NCBI GenBank assembly: GCA_965220325.1
Contig: OZ244821.1
Location: 1,331,820 to 1,395,819 of the forward strand
DNA from: Candidatus Poribacteria bacterium
GTDB lineage: Bacteria; Poribacteria; WGA-4E; WGA-3G
Direction: 5' to 3'
DNA length: 64,000 bases
A program made the position numbers and the translations under genes. This document shows, one piece after another, positions 19,851 to 29,100 of this stretch (its first letter is position 1; each line of letters starts with the position of its first letter). The notes under the pieces were generated by a model that did no database searches, was not told where the DNA came from, and saw nothing but the letters and a program-made list of their open reading frames with translations.

Positions 19851-19904
19851 ATGGGAAAGCCGTTACATCGCTCCGTATTTACCCAAGGAGGAAGGCTTTC
19901 CCAT
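19851..19904 (-). promoter_or_regulatory. Conserved 54-nt leader hairpin, copy A
   Basis: On the transcript, AUGGGAAAGCC pairs perfectly (11 bp) with GGCUUUCCCAU. The 32-nt loop contains CCUCCUUGGG. It sits between the sigma54 promoter and the RBS. Confidence 0.5.
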
Positions 19905-19943
19905 AGGTTACTCAGCGTTCTAATATTTCTAATATACTGACTG

Positions 19944-19959
19944 AGCAATTTTCGTGCCA
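19944..19959 (-). promoter_or_regulatory. Sigma54 (-24/-12) promoter, copy A
   Basis: The reverse complement reads TGGCACGAAAATTGCT, an exact fit to TGGCACG-N4-TTGCW. Confidence 0.7.
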
Positions 19960-20060
19960 ATGCCAAATACGTTAAATATGCTCATAATCTTGGTATTACA
20001 GTTGTTAAGTTGCACAAAAAGGAACAAGACTGACTAAAAATGCCCGAAGAGGTGCAGCCT

Positions 20061-20453
20061 TTAATCTCCTTTATCAGCAACGGTGTAAAATTGAACCCGC
20101 TCAATGCGACCGGATCCAGTCATTGCGTGTTTTACGATTTTGACAGCATCTGTCTCAGCGATCAGTAGGATTTCAAACGGGAATTCGATTCCGCCGGGTA
20201 CTTTTTTGACCGGTTCCCATCGATTTCTTTTGTCCCGTGCATGAATTTCAATGTTTCGGATTTTCCCAGAACCGAGCAGCACGATTTTCCGAACATCCGC
20301 TCTCTCTGGGAGTGAATAAATTTCGCCATGGAAAGTCATCTTTTCACTGACTGGGCGATCAATCAAAACATACGTCTGCTCTGTTAAAAGCGCGGCGCAG
20401 CCAATCTGTGATAAACACGCGAGTATAAAGAGTAAACACATCCACCTATTCAT
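20061..20453 (-). CDS. Small lipoprotein, copy B of the tandem paralog pair
   Basis: ATG at 20453 with SD AAGGAG. Signal/lipobox-like MNRWMCLLFILACLSQIGCA. The 44-codon upstream extension in the track ORF runs through the leader and promoter and is not coding. Confidence 0.6.
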   Translation of the reverse strand: MNRWMCLLFILACLSQIGCAALLTEQTYVLIDRPVSEKMTFHGEIYSLPERADVRKIVLLGSGKIRNIEIHARDKRNRWEPVKKVPGGIEFPFEILLIAETDAVKIVKHAMTGSGRIERVQFYTVADKGD

Positions 20454-20498
20454 AATCTTTTCTCCTTTGCACACGGCACAGACAAGTAAGTAAGTGAA

Positions 20499-20552
20499 AT
20501 GGGAAAGCCTTTGCATCGCCCCATATTCACCCAAGGAGGGAGGCTCTCCCAT
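20499..20552 (-). promoter_or_regulatory. Conserved 54-nt leader hairpin, copy B
   Basis: Same 11-bp stem as copy A. Its single stem difference gives a G.U pair (AUGGGAGAGCC / GGCUUUCCCAU). The loop again carries CCUCCUUGGG. Confidence 0.5.
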
Positions 20553-20572
20553 TGGTTTACTAAGCAATTTCC

Positions 20573-20588
20573 GTGCCAAAGACAATTC
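20573..20588 (-). promoter_or_regulatory. Sigma54 (-24/-12) promoter, copy B
   Basis: The reverse complement reads TGGCACGGAAATTGCT. A 12-bp perfect palindrome TTCACGCGTGAA (20596..20607) lies immediately upstream. Confidence 0.7.
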
Positions 20589-20697
20589 ACGCGTGAAATC
20601 GTGTTTTAATACATATTTCCCGCACTTTTATCCAACAATACACTTTTCAGTGTTCAATTTCTGGACAGTTTTGTTCAAATGGATTCTGTAGAACTTC

Positions 20698-20726
20698 TTG
20701 ACATTCGCGAATCCTCCAAGTATACT
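20698..20726 (+). promoter_or_regulatory. Sigma70-type promoter candidate
   Basis: TTGACA (20698..20703), a 17-nt spacer, then TATACT (20721..20726). The TTG that opens the track ORF is the -35 hexamer. Confidence 0.45.
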
Positions 20727-20751
20727 TAGCGGTAGAAAGAATGTTTATCTT

Positions 20752-21846
20752 ATGAACGGAACACCAAGCACAATGGCAGACTTTTACACGGTTAAGAAAC
20801 AGGATGGACGTTGGTGGTTCATCACACCCGACGATGCGCGGTTCTGGTCCATCGGCATGAACCATATCGACTCGGCTGCGTTGCGGTATATAGAGTCGGA
20901 TGGCGTGTGGAACCGAGAGTTCGGCAATAGCCATGAACAGTGGCTGCGCACAGTCGCCGATGATCTGCGTGACTGGGGCTTTAACACGATCGGCTGGACC
21001 CAGGAAGTCGTAATTATCACGCCAGGCTACCACCGCCATTCGCGACCCTTCACTTATGAGGAATACCAATGGGCGGATATGCCTTACTGCCACCTGTTAC
21101 CTTTTACCGAGGCGCATCAGTGGCAGGTCGAGGTACGTATGCCCGACCTAATGCGTGCTGACTTCGAGGAATGGTGCGACTACGTCGCCCGTGATGAATG
21201 CAAACGCTTGCGCGACGATCCGAAGCTTATCGGTTACTTCTACTGTGATTGTCCGCAGTGGGTGCACACCTCGCCTGACACGAAGTGGCGCGGGTCGTTA
21301 GTCGATCCAGAGTTGCTCGAATCGGAGGCAGGGCGGCGCGAACTCTCGGCGATTGCCGAACGCTACTATAGGGTTACCCGGGACGCTATCCGCCGCTACG
21401 ACCCGAACCACCTAATCCTCGGTGACCGGTGGGAGGCAAACGCACTGTTGCCCGAGGAAGTCGTCCAAGCCGCGCTGCCCTACGTCGATGTGCTTAGTTT
21501 TCAATGTTTTGGGACGGTGGGGAACATCACCACGAAGATGCAGCGCTGGGCAGGCTTTGCAGACAAACCGGTTCTGCTGGCAGACGCGGCGGGACATATA
21601 CGCGCCCATGGCGACACTAAATGGCCACCGACAGCGGACCGCTTGCACGATACAGACCACTACCGTCAAGTGATGGACGCGCTCTGGGATATCCCACAAT
21701 GCGTCGGATACCACCTCTGTGGTGCTTACATTAAGAATAACGCCCGCAAGTACGGATTTCGCGACCACAAAAACAATCAGATTAACGAGACGATCGCTGG
21801 TATTTGCGCCGTCAACACCGAAATGCAACGGAGACAAAACCGGTGA
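20752..21846 (+). CDS. Glycoside-hydrolase-like (TIM-barrel type) protein; family uncertain
   Basis: The N-terminus ...FYTVKKQDGRWWFITPDDARFWSIGMNH... resembles the start of many GH catalytic modules. No signal peptide. The first ATG downstream of the promoter candidate is at 20752. Confidence 0.4.
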   Translation: MNGTPSTMADFYTVKKQDGRWWFITPDDARFWSIGMNHIDSAALRYIESDGVWNREFGNSHEQWLRTVADDLRDWGFNTIGWTQEVVIITPGYHRHSRPFTYEEYQWADMPYCHLLPFTEAHQWQVEVRMPDLMRADFEEWCDYVARDECKRLRDDPKLIGYFYCDCPQWVHTSPDTKWRGSLVDPELLESEAGRRELSAIAERYYRVTRDAIRRYDPNHLILGDRWEANALLPEEVVQAALPYVDVLSFQCFGTVGNITTKMQRWAGFADKPVLLADAAGHIRAHGDTKWPPTADRLHDTDHYRQVMDALWDIPQCVGYHLCGAYIKNNARKYGFRDHKNNQINETIAGICAVNTEMQRRQNR

Positions 21847-21914
21847 TAATTTTCACGGCTGCGTTTTTCCCAAGTATAGTGTCTACCGCGGATGCACAAA
21901 ATTCGGAGGTGAAT

Positions 21915-24245
21915 ATGATTGAACGCTGGAATATATTTGAAGTGACTTTGAATGGATCAGATACAGAAAATCCGTTCACCGAGGTTGAATTAACAGCAGA
22001 ATTTAAACAAAACAATCGGACTTTTGAACCACACGGATTCTACGACGGAAACGGAATATACAAAATCCGATTCATGCCTGATGAAGTTGGCGAATGGACG
22101 TACACGACGAAAAGTAATCGCGCCGAACTCGATGGTCAGACTGGGCAATTTACGTGCATCGAACCGTCTGAGGGGAACCACGGACCCGTACGTGTCTATA
22201 AAGATTTCTATTTGCAATACGCTGATGGCACACCGTATCACCAATTTGGGACGACCTGCTATGCTTGGGCGCATCAAGGGAGTGTGATGGAGGAACAGAC
22301 CGTCAAAACGCTCGCCGAGGCACCCTTCAACAAGATGCGGATGTGCATTTTCCCAAAAGATTATGTTTACAACAAAAATGAACCCGTCTACTACCCGTTT
22401 GAAGGCAAACCGCTAAAGGATTGGGACTTCACAAGATTCAACCCTGAATTCTGGCAACACTTTGAGCAACGCGTTCAAGACCTCTTGAATCTCGGTATCG
22501 AGGCGGACATCATCTTATTTCATACCTATGATCGATGGGATTTTGAGAATATGGATGCCGAAAGCGATGACCGCTATATCCGATATGCTGTCGCGCGATT
22601 GGCAGCTTTTCGGAACGTCTGGTGGTCCCTCGCAAATGAATTTGACATCATGCCTGCGAAAGAAGAATCCGACTGGGACCGGTTTTTCCAAGTTATCCGA
22701 GATCACGATCCCTATCAACGTTTACGCGGGATCCATAACTGCAGACGTTGGTATGACCACAGCAAGCCTTGGGTGACGCACACGAGCATTCAGACCTCTA
22801 ACATGGCACAGGGTATCCGCTATCGTACGCAATACGGAAAGCCTGTTATTTATGATGAGTGTCGTTACGAGGGTAACATTCCGCAGGGTTGGGGCAATAT
22901 CACTGCGGAAGAGATGGTGCAAAACTTCTGGGCAGGCACACTTTCCGGGTGCTACGTCGGGCACGGAGAGACATACGAACACCCAGAAGATCTTCTCTGG
23001 TGGGCGAAAGGTGGCATCCTTCGGGGTGAAAGTCCACCGCGGATTGCGTTCCTCAAGGACTTCATGGCGGACGCACCCCCGTTTGATACGCTTGAACCGA
23101 TCGGTGATGACAAGGGACAATATATCCTAGCGAAACACGGAGAGTACTACCTAACTTACACAACCGCACCGCAGACGATAACACTGGATTTGCAAGGCGA
23201 ACAGCCGTATAAAGTTGATCGTGTGGATACCTGGAACATGAAGATCGTCCCCGTCGGCACGGCGCAACCTGGGGAATATACGTTTGCTTCGCCGTATGGC
23301 GGAGTTGCGTATCGCTTTACACCGTATGCACCGGGCGAGAAATTCCGTCCGGAAGCGAAAGCCTCCGCCAATGTGCTTCAAGGCAGCGCACCGCTGACAG
23401 TGAAATTCTCTGCAGCAGGGGATCTGGCACACCATTGGACTTTCGGAGATGGCACAACGTCCACTGAATCGAATCCGACGCACATCTATGAAAGCCTTGG
23501 TCAATACCTTGCAACGCTCACGGTGATGGACCCAGAGGGTGACACGGCAACGACATCCCTCGCAATCCATGTATCACCGGAAGCACCGGCTGACATCGAA
23601 ACGCACACAGAATTCCCCGGCTCGCGCGAGGGACTTGTGTTTCTCTGGCACGGCACGCTTGCGGACAGCGCGGAAATTGAATCCCGCGGCGATGCGACAA
23701 TCGGTGAAGATGGACAGATGGATTTGACAGGCGGTGCCTTTCTCACTAAGCGTGTGAATGAAACGCTTCTCGCAGCGTGTCAAGCGAGCAACCAGTTGAC
23801 GCTTGAGTGTCTCGTTACGACGGATAATCTGAATCAGAGCGGGCCCGCGCGGATTATCTCGTTCTCGAAGGACATTACGCATCGCAACTTCACCTTTGGG
23901 CAGGATGGCAACCGTTTTACCATGAGAATCCGTACACCGCAGACGGGAGCAAATGGGTTAGGTGGCGAGTTTTCTTTCGGGAAAATTGAGGCGGGGAAAC
24001 CGACGCACGTTATCGTCAGTTATTTTGATGGGAATGTCTACTGTTATATTAATGGCGAACTCGTCTATGTTAGTAACGGCACGCAAGGCGATTTCAGCAA
24101 TTGGCAGCTCTACTCGTTGCTTTTCGGAGATGAAGCAAGTGGTGGTCGAAATTGGGAAGGCAAACTCAGTCGTATAGCAATCTACAGTCGATTCGTCGGT
24201 GTAGAAGAAGCCATGAATAAGTTCAAACTAATTCAAGCCGAGTGA
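21915..24245 (+). CDS. DUF5060-type glycoside-hydrolase-like protein with C-terminal PKD and LamG domains
   Basis: N-terminal Ig-like segment (WNIFEVTL...GFYDGNGIYKIRFMPDEVGEWTY), a TIM-barrel-like core (MRMCIFPKDYVYNKNEP), a PKD motif (WTFGDGTTS...NPTHIY) and a LamG-like end (GKLSRIAIYS). The ATG at 21915 has GGAGGTG upstream. Alternative starts at 21804 or 21843 would add a hydrophobic N-terminus. Confidence 0.6.
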   Translation: MIERWNIFEVTLNGSDTENPFTEVELTAEFKQNNRTFEPHGFYDGNGIYKIRFMPDEVGEWTYTTKSNRAELDGQTGQFTCIEPSEGNHGPVRVYKDFYLQYADGTPYHQFGTTCYAWAHQGSVMEEQTVKTLAEAPFNKMRMCIFPKDYVYNKNEPVYYPFEGKPLKDWDFTRFNPEFWQHFEQRVQDLLNLGIEADIILFHTYDRWDFENMDAESDDRYIRYAVARLAAFRNVWWSLANEFDIMPAKEESDWDRFFQVIRDHDPYQRLRGIHNCRRWYDHSKPWVTHTSIQTSNMAQGIRYRTQYGKPVIYDECRYEGNIPQGWGNITAEEMVQNFWAGTLSGCYVGHGETYEHPEDLLWWAKGGILRGESPPRIAFLKDFMADAPPFDTLEPIGDDKGQYILAKHGEYYLTYTTAPQTITLDLQGEQPYKVDRVDTWNMKIVPVGTAQPGEYTFASPYGGVAYRFTPYAPGEKFRPEAKASANVLQGSAPLTVKFSAAGDLAHHWTFGDGTTSTESNPTHIYESLGQYLATLTVMDPEGDTATTSLAIHVSPEAPADIETHTEFPGSREGLVFLWHGTLADSAEIESRGDATIGEDGQMDLTGGAFLTKRVNETLLAACQASNQLTLECLVTTDNLNQSGPARIISFSKDITHRNFTFGQDGNRFTMRIRTPQTGANGLGGEFSFGKIEAGKPTHVIVSYFDGNVYCYINGELVYVSNGTQGDFSNWQLYSLLFGDEASGGRNWEGKLSRIAIYSRFVGVEEAMNKFKLIQAE

Positions 24246-24267
24246 AAGTTAAAACTCCGTACCGTTG

Positions 24268-24292
24268 CTGGCGAGGTTCACAACTTCGCCAG
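24268..24292. terminator. Hairpin between convergent genes (weak terminator candidate)
   Basis: CTGGCGA, an 11-nt loop, then TCGCCAG. No clear U-tract on either strand. Confidence 0.25.
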
Positions 24293-24331
24293 TGATAAAC
24301 TTCGGTCGTAGATTCGGATATCCCAGTATTT

Positions 24332-25228
24332 TCAGATATGTTTTACAATTTCGTCTGTACCATTGACTGGGTCGAGGTTATAGCCACCTAACGCGATTAA
24401 GTCGGCATTGCCTTTCGGTGGGTTGTTAAGGCAGTTTGGATTGAGCACGAAAAGCGGTAGACTCATGTCCAGCGCCGTTTTTGCGGTGTAAAACGTTCCA
24501 CTCATTTTACCGTGAGCATCCCGCTCAGGTCCGGATTCAATAACGACAACTGCCTTAGAGAGAGCACACACAAGTTGATTTCGCGCCAGTGCATACCACA
24601 AGTGCCGCTTGGTCTCTGGGTCAAATTGCGAAACTGTAAGTACATCTCGATCCCAATTGAATTTCTTAAAGGCACTTTTTTGACGCAGGTGCTTGATGCC
24701 GTTGGACAGCACGAGTGTCGTTGTTCCGCCCGCTGCTAACGCCGCTAAGTGTGCCTCTGCGTCAACACCTTCGGCATATCCAGAGACGATATTTATGCCG
24801 TTATCTACAAGTTCACCAGATAGGTTTCTCGTAATCTGAACCCCATTGTCCGATACATCCCGCGCTCCAACAATCGTTACGCTATCTGACATGAGACGTT
24901 TTTGCTGCCCCTTAACAAACAGAACCGGTGCAATTTCAAGGAGATGCGGCGGAAAATATGGGTGACCGGGGTAGATAATATTGATTCCGTAATCTGTCAG
25001 TTGATCGTATGCTGTAGATACCTTCTCTCTATCCTCTGCTCGAATTTTTCCTGTAAAGATTTTCGCCAATTCCGGAAATTGTGCCGAGAGATCGCTTTGG
25101 TTGCGCGGCAATATTTCTGGATTTAGGTTTTTTGCTTCCAATATTTTGGCAATAGAACCCAGAAGCTTGGGACCTATACCCTGTGTCTTAAAGAGTCGAA
25201 ACCAAAAATAACCGCTGTCGAGGCTCAT
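24332..25228 (-). CDS. dprA: DNA-processing protein DprA (Smf)
   Basis: Motifs GIGPKLL and IVSGYAEGVDAEAHLAALAAGGTTTLVLSNGI (Rossmann-like DprA core). The ATG at 25228 has GGAGGA upstream. The track ORF starts 10 codons earlier. Confidence 0.85.
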   Translation of the reverse strand: MSLDSGYFWFRLFKTQGIGPKLLGSIAKILEAKNLNPEILPRNQSDLSAQFPELAKIFTGKIRAEDREKVSTAYDQLTDYGINIIYPGHPYFPPHLLEIAPVLFVKGQQKRLMSDSVTIVGARDVSDNGVQITRNLSGELVDNGINIVSGYAEGVDAEAHLAALAAGGTTTLVLSNGIKHLRQKSAFKKFNWDRDVLTVSQFDPETKRHLWYALARNQLVCALSKAVVVIESGPERDAHGKMSGTFYTAKTALDMSLPLFVLNPNCLNNPPKGNADLIALGGYNLDPVNGTDEIVKHI

Positions 25229-25287
25229 CTTTTCCTCCTCTACTTTCTTGTGTGCCAAACGGTTCAGCTTGGCGCATCACTTCATGT

Positions 25288-25342
25288 AACCCCGCCTGTC
25301 ATTGCGTATTACATGGGTCCTCATGAAAAATACGTAAGTCCT
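25288..25342 (+). repeat. 55-nt intergenic repeat, copy 1
   Basis: AACCCCGCCTG, 27 variable nt, then AAAAATACGTAAGTCCT. Same length and conserved ends as 26061..26115 and 57208..57262 (reverse orientation). Confidence 0.6.
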
Positions 25343-26060
25343 ATATTAACTTGTTTTTTTCCTAAAAAGGTTATATAATTTGGGCTTGTTGTATATAGGC
25401 ATTTAAATTTAATTTGATTAATAATAGAATTATGTCATATCATAACTTAATTATACTAAAGTTTGGACAATTTTAGAAAATCCGAGCGTGAGAGTTGATG
25501 TAAGTTGGGTTGAGCGGTAAATACGCAGATACCTCTCGTTTCTACCGAAAAGGTACACGACTAAAGTGCTGTTTTAATAACCAGTGATAGCGAAACCCAA
25601 CAAGCATACGATACACTTATACTTGCGTTTTTTCTACGAGTTCACCTCCTCTCAAAACTCATAGAAAAATAGAACGGTTTCCCTTGAAAACACGACACGA
25701 AACAGGCAGAAACTGTCCAAACTATTGTTTGCTATAGTTGACAAAGCATTAGGTTTTCATACAAGCAGACCGCACGCTGATTTAACTGGCAGGTATCCTC
25801 CAGAGGTCATCTTGACTCTGTTAGCCTGTTAGCCAAGCGGCACGTCGGGTACTCACTGAACCTGCTTTTGTAGGTTGTGCAGGGATATTATAAACAACCT
25901 ACTTTTATTTTAACTTAAGCACGTCTCGCTGCAGGCGGGGTTTGATGAAGATTAATTTATTAACTCGGTAATTCCATATTCTGCACAAGGCGGGTGCCCT
26001 TCGCTGCAGGCGAGGATTGTATCCTCCCCCAATTACCGATTTATTTTCTTAAACTTCATT

Positions 26061-26115
26061 AACCCCGTCTGTAAAGCTTATTATGTCAGGATTCATAAAA
26101 AAATGCGTAAGTCCT
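26061..26115 (+). repeat. 55-nt intergenic repeat, copy 2
   Basis: AACCCCGTCTG ... AAAAATGCGTAAGTCCT, lying 77 nt upstream of the 26192 start. Confidence 0.6.
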
Positions 26116-26191
26116 AAACTAAATATTTCGGCAATTTTGGTAGGAATAGTATTAGATTATCTATCGCAACGGAAATCAACAAAAGGAGTTC

Positions 26192-29100
26192 ATGATGAAA
26201 TCGCTATTTGGAAATGGAAAAAGCATTGTATCTATTTTAGCGATCCTTATATTCGTTTTAGGTATCGATGTGACGGGTTATGCGTTACCTGTCAGTCAAC
26301 GTACGCCACAGGTGCGGGATGCTATCGTTGCTGCAGTGCCCGGTGTGAATAATGCCAATAATGTGACCACAGCGCATCTTGCGGCAATTACATATTTGGA
26401 TCTATCAGGCCCATACCAGGGGCGTAACATCTCACTGAAAGCCGGAGATCTCGATGGACTCACCGTACTGACATCTCTCACATTGCGCAAGAACGGTTTG
26501 ACTTCATTGCCATCTGGCATATTTGACGACCTAACTACCCTGACAGACCTCGACTTGACCGCTAACGAGTTGACTTCATTGCCATCTGGCATATTTGAAA
26601 ATCTCACCACACTGACACATCTCAACTTGGGTAGTAACGATTTGACCGCATTGCCCTCCAATATATTTGACAACCTTATCAAACTAACACATCTCTACAT
26701 AGATCATAACGATTTGACCTCAATACCAGCAGGGATTTTTGACAATCTTACCACACTGACACATTTCAGTTTGCATGATAACGGCATAACCTCATTGCCA
26801 GCCGATATATTTAAAAATCTCACCAAACTGCTAATATTTAGCTTGCGTAGCAATAAAATCGATGATGTCTCTGAACTTGAAAGTTTGACTTCGCTAACAA
26901 CGTTATATATCGATCATAATCCGATTTCAGATTATGGACCGCTCCGTAGACTCAAAGCAGCGATTGAGGCGATTGAAGATCATCCGGGTTTAACCTTAGA
27001 TATTACAATTCCTCCTGAGGCTACTAACACTGCCCCTGTATTCACAGACGGCACCAGCACAACGCGCACCATCGCAGAGAACACGGCATCGGGTGAACAC
27101 ATCGGCACGGCTATAACTGCTACTGATGCAGACAATGATACCTTAACCTACACCCTCAGTGGCACGGATGCCACAGCGTTCGAGATTGATGCGACAACCG
27201 GACAACTAAAAACCAAGGCAGTACTCGACTACGAAACCAAGGCCATCTATACAGTAACTGTTACTGTCTCTGATGGTAGTTTGACAGATACGATCACTGT
27301 TACAATCAACATCACCAATATAAATGAATTGTCCACAACTACAGCAAGTTGTAAAGTTGGTGATGTCCTTAAGCCCGGTCAAAGCTGCACTTACCCCGGC
27401 ACGGATGCGGTATTTTCTGTGCTTGGTAATGGGACAGCACAATGGCATATCCCGAATTTGCCAGCCTGGCTTGAATGGATTAACCAAACACCTGTTAGCC
27501 GTTCACTGCGTGTCTCTACGACTGTCAACGGGCAGGCGTATCACTTCGTTGCTGAACAGGTCGGCACCTCTTGGGAAATCAAGGAGATTGGTGACGACAA
27601 AAGCGATCCCCAACCTGAGACACCTGAAGTTCCTGAGCCCCCTATAGTAACTGAGAAATCGATAGAGAGCGATTATGATTATATAGAAGGCCCCTGGCTA
27701 TGGATGATTGCACCGGGTGGAGATATAGACACGGATAATCTCTCCGAAGCAAGTGAAGGCGTGATTACGGAACCGCAAATCGCTCAAAATGGTGTTAATG
27801 AGGGGGATCACTTCGACACACTGCAATGGACAAGCGGACGTTTACTGCCTACCACCGTTTGCGGTATTTTCTTATGTTCGTCAGATAATGTCATCAACGT
27901 GGTCAGAGAGATTGGACTCACGAATAGTCGTCAACTCAGTCAATATTCTGCTTATGCTTTGATTAACATTTCCTCGCCACGCGATCAAAACGATGTTTTG
28001 ATGGGTGTTGGGAGTGATGATTCTATCAAAGTTTGGCTCAACGGTTCAGTTGTTTACAAAAATGATGTTACAAGAAGAACAAAAGGCATACAAAACCATT
28101 TTCCTGTAAATCTGAATGCTGGTAACAATCTACTGTTAATTAAAGTTTGCAATCACGGTACGCTGATCTCCAATAACGATTGGGGCATGTTTTTTAAGAT
28201 ATATCTTGACACGCAGGATTACGCTCTATCTATTCCAATGGGAGATGGCAATAATTGGCAACCCGTAACACCTGAAGTACCTGAAACGCCAGAACAGCCA
28301 CAACAGCTCGGAAATACGGGTGGTACACCAACGCTTACCCCATCAACTGCAGCCCCATTGACTGAAGCCACACTCCACAGTAGCATTGTGACACTTACAC
28401 TCAGCGGTGGTACTTATGAGTCCTCCAGTTGGAGAATTAGAGAGGCAGTGACCGTTTCTGGTATTACCGGGGTGACTGTTGACACATTCGATGTGGATCG
28501 CGTGAACGATATTAAGATTACGGTTGAACTGACGTATGCCGGTAACATAAACTCCAACGGCACACTCACCTTCACCGTTGACTCGGATGGGATTAAAGAC
28601 TATGATGGAGCAGCACTTACCGCACAAATACAGGTTACTGCCAACACGGAATCCGTAGCTGCGTCAACTCCATCACCGTTGAAAGAGGCTACATTGGATG
28701 GCAGCGTTGTCACACTTACGCTCAGTGGTGCTAAATACGCAGAGTCTATCTGGGACATAAGAGAGGCGGTTTCAGTATCCGGTATTGATGGCGTAACAAT
28801 CCCTTGGCACCAACCCCGGCGAAAAAGTGATACTCAAATTACGATTGAACTGGAATTTGATGGAGACATGACCACAGATGGTACGCTCACATTCACTGTC
28901 GGGGCAGACGCTATTGCAGGCTATAATGCTGCACTTACCGCACAAGTGACTGTTACTGCTGACAGAGAGAACATCCTTTTGGCAAACTTCCCGAACCCGT
29001 TCAATCCTGAGACGTGGATACCCTATCAACTCGCAAAACCCGCTGACGTTACGCTGACTATCTACGCCGTGAATGGACAGGTAGTTCGGACGTTGGCACT

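Noticed and set aside
19784-19966. 60-aa ORF starting M-A-L-A-R-K-L-L-S, and the equivalent 44-codon N-terminal extension (M-S-L-A-R-K-L-L-S) of the 20061..20585 ORF
   Set aside because: The shared 'protein' start is simply TTGGCACG(A/G)AAATTGCT, the sigma54 promoter, read as codons. Similarity between the two copies follows nucleotide and RNA-structure conservation, not a reading frame. The real starts downstream have strong RBSs.
23641-23665. TGGCAC hexamer (TGGCACGGCACGCTTGC), plus other isolated TGGCAC or GTGCCA hits in coding sequence
   Set aside because: The spacing to a GC/TTGC element does not fit the -24/-12 geometry, and the sites are inside genes.
25490-25635. Possible small RNA ending at the T-run GCGTTTTTTC (about 25626..25635) in the 933-bp gap
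   Set aside because: I could not find a convincing GC-rich stem preceding the T-run. Only 4-5-bp pairings are available, plus a distant 8-bp GTTGGGTT/AACCCAAC pair. It is kept only as part of the general flag on the gap.
26083-26352. 89-aa ORF overlapping the start of the first adhesin gene
   Set aside because: It is out of frame with, and largely inside, the well-supported 26192 gene, which has a strong AAGGAG RBS. Its upstream part covers the 55-nt repeat.
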